Assembly (NCBI GenBank): GCA_963834385.1
Contig: CAWIBO010000005.1
Coordinates: 512,001 to 576,000 of the forward strand
DNA from: an uncultured Verrucomicrobiae bacterium
GTDB lineage: Bacteria; Verrucomicrobiota; Verrucomicrobiia; Chthoniobacterales; UBA10450
DNA length: 64,000 bases
Reading direction: 5' to 3'
Below, piece by piece: positions 56,461-64,000 of the stretch (positions within the stretch are counted from its first letter, which is position 1; each line of letters opens with the position of its first letter). Made by a program: the position numbers and the translations under genes. The notes below the pieces were generated by a model. That model was not told the origin of the DNA, made no database searches, and saw only the letters and a list, made by a program, of their open reading frames with translations.

Positions 56461-57093
56461 ATGGCTCTCCATCTCAACCTCCTTCACGAAGAAATCCACG
56501 AGGAACGGCAGCGCCGCCGCGATCCGCTCAAGATCGGTCTGCTCGTCCTCATCTGCCTCGGCGGCCTCATGTTCATCTATTACATGTGGAACGCCTACCA
56601 GACGCTCCAGATCAAGGGCCGTCTCGGCCGGGTCCAGGCGGACTGGGCGCAGATCGAGCCAAAAGTCACCGCGGCCCAGAAACGCGCCGCGGAGTTGAAC
56701 GGCATCATCAAGACGATGAAGCTCCTCGACGAGCGAATTGAAGGCCGGTTCTACTGGGCCCCGTTTCTCCAGCAGGTTGCCGCCTGTGTCGCCCCGAACA
56801 CGCAGGTGACCACCCTGCAGGGCGAGGTGAGCGAGGAGAAGAAAACGGTTTCGATCTCGCTCGAGGGCGTGGCCGCCGGCCGTGAACCTCGCGCCGCCGC
56901 CGAGGATCTCCGGCAGCTTTTGCAGGAACAGCTCGGTGGCACCTACAAAGGGGCCAAGGTCCAGTTCCGCACCCTGGAAGACCTCGACACCCTGGTGAAC
57001 GTGGGCGGTGCCAATGTGCCCATGGCCCGCTTTGTCGTCACCATCGATCTGGCCAAGCCGGAAGCAGACCGCGAGGCGGCCCCCAAGAAATGA
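56461..57093 (+). CDS. PilN-like protein
   Basis: LNLL N-terminus, TM segment, coiled coil; follows pilM. Confidence 0.7.
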   Translation: MALHLNLLHEEIHEERQRRRDPLKIGLLVLICLGGLMFIYYMWNAYQTLQIKGRLGRVQADWAQIEPKVTAAQKRAAELNGIIKTMKLLDERIEGRFYWAPFLQQVAACVAPNTQVTTLQGEVSEEKKTVSISLEGVAAGREPRAAAEDLRQLLQEQLGGTYKGAKVQFRTLEDLDTLVNVGGANVPMARFVVTIDLAKPEADREAAPKK

Positions 57094-57674
57094 AACCCAT
57101 GAACATCGGCGGCACCACTCTCAGCAAGGATCAGGTCCAGAAGCTTCTTCTCGGCGCCGTCGGCGTCGCCGCCCTGATCTACATCTATTTCAGCTTCTTT
57201 CTCGGGCCCCTCAACAAGAGCCGGAAGGACGCGAACTGGGCCATCGAAAATCTCCAGGGCAAAATCGCCAATTCGGAGACGGAAATGAACAAGGCCAAAA
57301 AACTCGAGCAGCAGGCCGGTGCCGCCACCCAGCGTTTCGCCGCCCTGAAAGCCTACTCGCCCGAAGGCGCCCCGATTGCCTGGTTCCCGCCCCGGATCAA
57401 ATCGTTCTTTGCCGGGCATCAGGTCGACAAGGCCACCGCGCGGATGGAGACCACTGGCGCTTTCAAGGAGGAAGAACTGGCCGATTGGACCAATTATGCC
57501 TGGCTGATCGAGGTTCCCCAGGCCGGTTTCGCCGAGATGGGCACCGCCCTGGCCGCGCTCGAAAACGCCGAGCCGCTTCTCACCATCAACAAGATCAACA
57601 TGCGGACCCTGGAGGAGGCACCTGAAATGCAGGCCACCACCATCGCCGCCAGCACCGCCCTGGTGAAACAATGA
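57090..57674 (+). CDS. PilO-like protein
   Basis: TM segment plus coiled coil; operon position. Confidence 0.6.
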   Translation: MKPMNIGGTTLSKDQVQKLLLGAVGVAALIYIYFSFFLGPLNKSRKDANWAIENLQGKIANSETEMNKAKKLEQQAGAATQRFAALKAYSPEGAPIAWFPPRIKSFFAGHQVDKATARMETTGAFKEEELADWTNYAWLIEVPQAGFAEMGTALAALENAEPLLTINKINMRTLEEAPEMQATTIAASTALVKQ

Positions 57675-58093
57675 AAACGATTTCCCTTCTCTGCTTCCTC
57701 GGTTTCGCCACCATCGTCCTCGCGGAGGAAACCGCGCCCCCGGCGGCCACCCCTCCCCCCTTTGAATTGAAGAACAAATCTTCCTTCAATGCCGAGGTCG
57801 CCTCCCGCAGCCCGTTCTGGCCCATCGGTTACCGCCCCGCGATCAGAAAAGCGGGCGACGCCGAGCGTTCCGGCCCCGAAATTCCCTCCTCGGCCTTCAC
57901 CGTCACCTCGATCATGCTCGATCCCGGCGCCCACTTCGCCATCGTCAACGGCAAGATCATGCAGGAAGGCCAGCAGTTTGGCCTCAAGTTCGGGAACCAG
58001 GTCTACCAGATCACCCTCAAGGCCATCCAGGACGGGCAAATCGTTCTGCAGCGGCGCGACGAGGAGATCATCGTCCCGCTCACCCGCAAGTAG
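57671..58093 (+). CDS. Exported PilP/GspB-like protein
   Basis: Signal peptide; RSPFWP and AIVNGK...EG. Confidence 0.5.
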   Translation: MKTISLLCFLGFATIVLAEETAPPAATPPPFELKNKSSFNAEVASRSPFWPIGYRPAIRKAGDAERSGPEIPSSAFTVTSIMLDPGAHFAIVNGKIMQEGQQFGLKFGNQVYQITLKAIQDGQIVLQRRDEEIIVPLTRK

Positions 58094-58097
58094 GGCT

Positions 58098-60141
58098 CTA
58101 CCCGCCGGCCGATTCGAGCTGCGCCACCGGCACGAACTCGCTTTCGTGCAGCACCACCGGCTTTTTCCCGCGCAGCAGCCGCCACCATTCCCGCACGCAC
58201 CCGGCCACGATCAGGCAGACGAGCACCAGGAAAAGCAGGGCCACCACCGCGTCGATCCGCCAGACGCCGGCCTGCCGCACCATCCCCGCGGCCGCTTCGG
58301 GCGCCGCACTTTCCGCCTGTTCAAGCAGGCCCCGGGCGCCGCTCAGGAAACCGATCCGTGGGTTCGGCGAAAAGACCTTGAGATAGCCGGCGGAGAACGT
58401 CACCGCCACCATGAAGCAAAGCGGCGCCAGCGTGACCCAGATGTATTTCACCCGCCCCATCTTGATCAGGAGGGTGGTGCCGAGACAAAGCGCGATGACG
58501 GAAAGAAGCTGATTGGAGAGGCCAAAGAGGGGCCAGAGCGTGTTGATCCCGCCCAGGGGATCAATCACTCCCTGGTAAAGGAACCAGCCCCAGGCCGACA
58601 CCAGCAAAACGCTGGTCAGGAAATTGGCCGGCCACGACCTCGTATCGCCGAGCGGCCGCCAGACGTTCCCCAGCAAATCCTGGAGCAGAAACCGGCCTAC
58701 CCGCGTCCCGGCATCCAGGGTCGTCAGGATGAACAAGGCCTCGAACATGATGGCGAAGTGATACCAAAGGGCCAGCGCGGTCGGGCTCTTCGTCAGGCCG
58801 GCAAACATCTGCGCCATCCCCACGGCAAAGGTGGGCGCGCCGCCGGCCCGCCCGAACATGGTGTCCTCCCCGAGATTGCGCGCCAGTTGCTCCATCCCCT
58901 CCTCCGTCACCGGAAAACCCTGCGCCGTGATGGAGGCCACCACCTCGGCCGGTGCGCCCTTGGTGTTGATCGCGAAATACTCGCCCGGCTGGAGCACGCA
59001 CGCCGCAATCACCGCCATCAACGCCACCATCATCTCCGTCACCATGGCGCCGTAGCCGATGTCGCGAATCCGCCGTTCGTTCCCGATCATCTTGGAGGTG
59101 GTCCCCGAGGCGATCAGGGCATGGAAACCGGACACCGCGCCGCAGGCGATGGTGATGCAGACAAACGGAAACACCGGGCCGGCAAATACCGGGCCGGTAC
59201 CGTCGATGAACCGCGTCACCGAGGGCATCAGGAGCGTGGGCCGCAAAACGATGACCGCTCCGGCGAGGGCCGCCACGGTTCCCAGTTTCAAAAAGGTGCT
59301 GAGATAATCGCGCGGGGTCAGCAGCATCCAGACCGGCAAAATGGAGGCCGCCAGGCCATAAGCCATGATGGCCCAGGCCAGCCAGCGCCCGTCGTGCCGG
59401 AACCAGCTTTCGATCTCGGGATAGTTTGAGAGGAACTGCCCGCCCCAGACGCCAAAGGCAAGGCCGACCAGGCCGAAGGCGGTGATCCAGCCGACGTTGA
59501 ACCGCCCGGAGCGGAGCCCGAGACCCATGAGCAGCGCCACCGGGATGGTGGTGGCAATGGTGAACACTCCCCACGGACTCTTCGCCAGCGCCTGCACCAC
59601 CACGAGCGCCAGCACGGCCATGAGCATGATCATGATCAGCAGGACACTGATCAACGCGAGCGTGCCCACCCACGGGACCGATCTCTTCCCGCACCATCTG
59701 TCCCAGCGTCTTCCCGCGCCGGCGGACGGAGGCAAAAAGGATGACCATGTCGTGCACCGCCCCGCCCAGGGTGGCGCCGACCAGGATCCAGAGTGTCCCG
59801 GGGAGAAAACCGAATTGCGAGGCGAGCACCGGTCCCACCAGGGGACCCGGTCCCGCGATGGCGGCGAAATGGTGGCCGAAAACCATCCAGCGATTTGTCG
59901 GCACGAAATCCTTCCCGTCCTTCAGGACATGCGCGGGCGTGGCCCGTTCGTCGTTCAGGGTGAGAACGCGCGCGGCAATCCACGCGCTGTAAAAGCGGTA
60001 ACTGATGGCCGCGGTGCACAACCCGGCCACGATGATCCAGAGCGCGCTGATCGGTTCCCCGCGGGAAAGCGCCAGCACCGCTACCGAGCCGGAACCGGCC
60101 AGCGCCACTAAAACCCAAAGCAGCTTTTTCCAGACGCTCAT
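58098..60141 (-). CDS. cstA: Carbon starvation protein A family transporter (frameshift near 59670)
   Basis: GHHFAAIAGPGPLVGP, IACGAVSGFH and LWPLFG.SNQLL motifs. Confidence 0.93.
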
Positions 60142-60192
60142 GCGACGGGAGGCACCGTAGCAAACCGGATCGGGCCGCGCCACTCCGCTCGC

Positions 60193-62832
60193 TCAGTCCA
60201 GCGCCCCGCGCGCCTCCCGCAGCTGCGCCAGTCGCCCGGCAAAATCGGCTTTCCGTTTCTCATGCTCCTGCACCACCGCCGCCGGCGCCCGGTCAACAAA
60301 GGAACGGTTGCCCAGCTTTTGCGTGACCGTTTCCAGCTCTTTCTCCATTTTCGCGATCTCCTTGTCGAGCCGTTCGCGCTCGCCCGCGCGATCCGCCGCC
60401 GCGATCTCGAGGAACAGTTCACCGGCACTGGTGGCCGCCACCGGAAATCCGTCCCGGCCCGCATACTCCGGCTGCAGGGCGATCGCCTCGGCATTGAGAA
60501 GCCGGGCGATGGTTTCGACCTCCTGCGCGATCGCCGGTCTTACCCCTCGCAAGATGTATCGGCCCTTCTTGTTCGACGGAAGTTTCGCCTCCGCCCGCAG
60601 GTTGCGCCCGGCCTGCACCAGCGCATACACGCCGGTCACGGTTTCGCTCGCGCCCCCATCGCGGTCAGGCAGGTCCACCGCCTGGGGCGGCGCCGCGAAC
60701 TGGATCGAATCCCCGCGGCTGCCGTCGGTGGCCGATCCCGCGAAACCCAGGAGATGCCACAGCTCCTCGGTCAGATGCGGCATGAACGGGTGCAACAGGC
60801 GCAGCACACCGGACAACACCAGGTCCATCACCTCGAGGGCCGCCTGTTTGCGGCCGGGGTCCTCGGAGAAAATCTCGGCCTTGGCGGCCTCCACGAACCA
60901 GTCGCAGTAATCGCTCCAGAAAAAATCGTAGAGGCGTTGCGCGATCTCGTTGAAGCGATACTCGAGGTAGGCGTTGGTCACGCCGGCAATCAGCTCGTTG
61001 TAACGCACCAGCACCTCGCGCGCGTAGATCGAGAGGCGCGCCCCGTCGATTTCCACCCGCGCCGCACTGGGACCGTGCATCTGCCGGAACCGCGCCGCAT
61101 TCCAAAGCTTGGTCGCGAAATTCCGGCCTTCCTCGATCTGCTTCTCGTCAAACCGCACATCCTGTCCGCTGGGCGCCACCCGCATCAGCCCGAAGCGCAG
61201 GCCGTCCGCCCCGTATTTCGCCATGAGCTCGAGGGGATCGGGCGAGTTCCCCAGCGATTTGCTCATCTTCCGGCCGGAGCGATCCCGGATCAGGCTGGTG
61301 AAATAAACGTCGCGAAACGGAATGTTATCCTCCGCCTTCTCGCCTTGGCCCGGGCGAAACTCGAGGCCGGCAATGATCATCCGGGCCACCCAGAAGAAAA
61401 TGATGTCGGGCGCCGTCACGAGCACGTTGGTCGGGTAGAACTTGCGGCGCGTCGCCGGGTCCATCGTTTCGTAGGCCCAGATCCAGGAGGAAAACCAGGT
61501 GTCGAGCGTGTCGGGATCGCGCGTCCAGCCTTCCCCCGGCGACTCAACCTGCACCTTCATTTCCTCGCCTTCGCGATACCAGGCCGGGATCCGGTGCCCC
61601 CACCAGACCTGGCGGCTGATGCACCAGTCACGGATGTTCTCCAGCCATTGCGCATAGACCTTCTCCCAGTGCGCGGGAAAAAAGCGGATGAGGTGATCGC
61701 GCACCACGGCCAGTGCTTCCTCGGTTTTCGGGTAACGCAGGAACCATTGTTCGCTCAGGCGCGGTTCAATCGGGACATTCGCGCGTTCACTGAACCCGAC
61801 CGTGTTCTCGTAAGGCTCCTCCTTCGCCAGCAACCCCTGCTCGTGCAGGAGTTCCGCGGCTTTCTGCCGCGCGGCAAAACGCTCCATCCCATGCAGCTCG
61901 GGCGCGTCCGGGCAGTTGATTTTTCCGTCCTCGGTCAAAACGTCGACCGCCGGCAGGCCGTGACGTTCGCCTATTTCAAAATCCACCTTGTCGTGCGCGG
62001 GCGTGACCTTCAGTCCGCCGGTGCCAAATTCCGGGTCGATCGCCTCGTCAGCGATCACAGGGATTTGCGCGCGCGCCAGCGGACGCCAGGCCATTCGCCC
62101 CACCAGGTCGCGGTAGCGTTTGTCCCCCGGATGCACCGCCACGGCCGCGTCCGCCATGATGGTTTCCGGCCGGGTTGTCGCCACCTCGAGAAACCGCCCG
62201 GGTTCATCGACCATCTCGTAGCGCACGTAATACAGGCTCCCCTTTTGCCGGGTCGGGATGACCTCCTCGTCGGAGAGCGCGGTCCGCGCCGCCGGGTCCC
62301 AGTTGATCATGCGCCGGCCCCGGTAAATCAGACCCTTGCGGTGAAGGTCGACGAAGACATCCTCGACCGCCCGCACGTAACCGGCGTCGAAGGTATAACG
62401 AAGCCGCGCCCAGTCGCACGAACAGCCAAGACGCTTGAGCTGTTCAATGATGATGCCGCCATGTTTGTCCTGCCATTCCACCACCCGCCGGAGAAACTCT
62501 TCGCGTCCATATTCGCGCCTCCCCTTTTTTTCCGTGCGCCAAAGGTGCTTCTCCACCGCGGTCTGCGTGGCCACCCCGGCGTGATCGGTCCCCGGCAGCC
62601 AGAGCACCTCGTGTCCCGTCATGCGTGCCCGCCGGGCCAGGATGTCCTGGATGGTATTGTTCAGGACGTGCCCCAGGGTCAGCACGCCGGTGATGTTGGG
62701 CGGGGGAATGACGATTGAGTAGGCCGGCCGGCTCGAGGCGGGATCGGCGTGGTAATCGCCCCGCTCCAGCCAGCGGGCATACCAGCGCGGCTCCACCCCC
62801 GCGGGTTCATACGTTTTCGTCAGTTCAGCCAT
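60193..62832 (-). CDS. valS: Valine--tRNA ligase
   Basis: PPPNITG, GTDHAG, WCISRQ.WWGHRIP, KMSKSLGN and a C-terminal coiled coil. Confidence 0.97.
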   Translation of the reverse strand: MAELTKTYEPAGVEPRWYARWLERGDYHADPASSRPAYSIVIPPPNITGVLTLGHVLNNTIQDILARRARMTGHEVLWLPGTDHAGVATQTAVEKHLWRTEKKGRREYGREEFLRRVVEWQDKHGGIIIEQLKRLGCSCDWARLRYTFDAGYVRAVEDVFVDLHRKGLIYRGRRMINWDPAARTALSDEEVIPTRQKGSLYYVRYEMVDEPGRFLEVATTRPETIMADAAVAVHPGDKRYRDLVGRMAWRPLARAQIPVIADEAIDPEFGTGGLKVTPAHDKVDFEIGERHGLPAVDVLTEDGKINCPDAPELHGMERFAARQKAAELLHEQGLLAKEEPYENTVGFSERANVPIEPRLSEQWFLRYPKTEEALAVVRDHLIRFFPAHWEKVYAQWLENIRDWCISRQVWWGHRIPAWYREGEEMKVQVESPGEGWTRDPDTLDTWFSSWIWAYETMDPATRRKFYPTNVLVTAPDIIFFWVARMIIAGLEFRPGQGEKAEDNIPFRDVYFTSLIRDRSGRKMSKSLGNSPDPLELMAKYGADGLRFGLMRVAPSGQDVRFDEKQIEEGRNFATKLWNAARFRQMHGPSAARVEIDGARLSIYAREVLVRYNELIAGVTNAYLEYRFNEIAQRLYDFFWSDYCDWFVEAAKAEIFSEDPGRKQAALEVMDLVLSGVLRLLHPFMPHLTEELWHLLGFAGSATDGSRGDSIQFAAPPQAVDLPDRDGGASETVTGVYALVQAGRNLRAEAKLPSNKKGRYILRGVRPAIAQEVETIARLLNAEAIALQPEYAGRDGFPVAATSAGELFLEIAAADRAGERERLDKEIAKMEKELETVTQKLGNRSFVDRAPAAVVQEHEKRKADFAGRLAQLREARGALD

Positions 62833-62950
62833 GAGAGAGGGAACCATCGGAAGCCGTGCCTCCTTTGCAAAACGAATTCCTGCGACGCCCTCCGTTTTTC
62901 CCGACGTTGCCACCGCCCACGCCGACGTTAAGGATTGAAACCTCGTCCTC

Positions 62951-64000
62951 ATGTCGAAAAAGATCCTTCTGCTCCTTCTTCTCGCCAGCCTGGCCGCCGC
63001 AGGGGCCGGCGCCGCTGACTGGGCGGTGCACCGTCACCGCGGACGCGATTACGTTTCTTTTGCCAACGTCGGGCAATTTTACCAGATGCCTCAGCACCAC
63101 CGCGATCTTCGCTCGGTTTCGCTCCGCTCGGACCGGCGCCGGCTGCGCGCTTCCATCGACAAGAGCGAGGTGTTCATCAACGGCGTTCGCTTCTTCACCC
63201 ATTTCCCGATTATCAGCAGTGACGGGCGCGAGCTTATTTCCTCCATCGACGTCACCAAGATCCTTGACCCGATTCTCCGGCCCCACCAGATCGAGGCCAG
63301 CCGCCGCATTGATACCGTCATCCTCGATCCCGGGCATGGGGGGATGGACCAGGGCACCCATAACCGCTGGGGCACGGAGAAGGAGTTCGCGCTCGATGTC
63401 GCCCTGAAAGCCCGCGCCTATCTCATGCAGGCCGGGTTCCGGGTGGAGATGACACGGGTGAAAGACGAGGCGAAATCGCTCGACGAGCGCCTTGCCTTTG
63501 CTGCCCGTTTCCCCAATGCGGTCCTCATCAGCATTCATTTCAATACCGGGGGCGGCAGCGGGGTCGAAAGCTATGCCCTGGCCCCGGCGGGAGTCCCTTC
63601 CAGCAGTTCCGGCGAGGACAATGCTTCCACCAGCGACATGAAGCTCTTCGAGGGCAACCGGCGCGATTCCCTAAACGTGGCCCTGACCGCCGCGGTGCAT
63701 GCTTCCATCCTTTCCCGGCTGCCCATGATCGATCGCGGCGTGCGCCATGCCCGTTTCCGCATCCTGCGCGAGGCGCCCGTCCCGGCCGTCCTGATCGAGG
63801 GCGGTTTCCTGAGCAACCCGGGCGATGCGTCGCGCATCGCCACCGCCCAATATCGCCAGCAACTCGCCTTTGCCATTGCCCAGGCAGTGCGAAGCTTCGA
63901 CGCAGCCGTCAATTACCGGACGTCGGGCGCAAACTTTGCCGTTGCCATGAGCACGCTCCCACCACATTCAGAAAGCATCGCCGAGCCGCTCCTCACACCC
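62951..64000 (+). CDS. N-acetylmuramoyl-L-alanine amidase (Amidase_3), runs off the window end
   Basis: Manual translation: signal peptide MSKKILLLLLLASLAAAGAGA, ILDPGHGG.D.G, EK, SIHFN and PAVLIEGGFLSN. Confidence 0.9.
   Translation, partial: MSKKILLLLLLASLAAAGAGAADWAVHRHRGRDYVSFANVGQFYQMPQHHRDLRSVSLRSDRRRLRASIDKSEVFINGVRFFTHFPIISSDGRELISSIDVTKILDPILRPHQIEASRRIDTVILDPGHGGMDQGTHNRWGTEKEFALDVALKARAYLMQAGFRVEMTRVKDEAKSLDERLAFAARFPNAVLISIHFNTGGGSGVESYALAPAGVPSSSSGEDNASTSDMKLFEGNRRDSLNVALTAAVHASILSRLPMIDRGVRHARFRILREAPVPAVLIEGGFLSNPGDASRIATAQYRQQLAFAIAQAVRSFDAAVNYRTSGANFAVAMSTLPPHSESIAEPLLTP

Noticed and set aside
60262..62718. Long antisense ORFs (818 aa here; also 37719-39473, 53014-54807, 199-1776 and others)
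   Set aside because: Shadow frames opposite well-supported genes, expected in high-GC DNA.

Overview
GC-rich bacterial chromosomal segment. Gene content and style (dockerin-tailed secreted protein, Ser-Pro linkers, Rhs with signal peptide) suggest Verrucomicrobiota, probably Chthoniobacterales; this is inference. Most of the window is housekeeping: lolA, ispH, lpxL-like, glyA, zwf-opcA, queA, udg, gyrB-gyrA, tRNA-Leu, der, moxR-bat operon, pilMNO, cstA, valS and an amidase. Many essential genes carry 1-2 bp indels, most likely long-read consensus errors. An accessory island of about 14 kb (~19960-34200) lies between udg and gyrB. It holds a signal-peptide Rhs gene whose decayed 3' end encodes a Tlde1/DUF2778-like L,D-transpeptidase-fold tip, a co-oriented and internally duplicated array of small exported/lipoprotein (immunity-like) genes, and a Phd/MazF toxin-antitoxin pair. 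The distal cassettes are separated by three copies of a composite spacer built from 6-7 bp tandem repeats. Separately, two four-helix-bundle (IVS-protein/bAvd-like) genes sit in intergenic gaps of conserved operons (gyrB|gyrA and moxR|DUF58). Each is bracketed by its own inverted heptamer-repeat arms, and one arm shares an exact 17-bp match with the island spacers. This heptamer-repeat/four-helix-bundle arrangement is the best candidate for an undescribed system.
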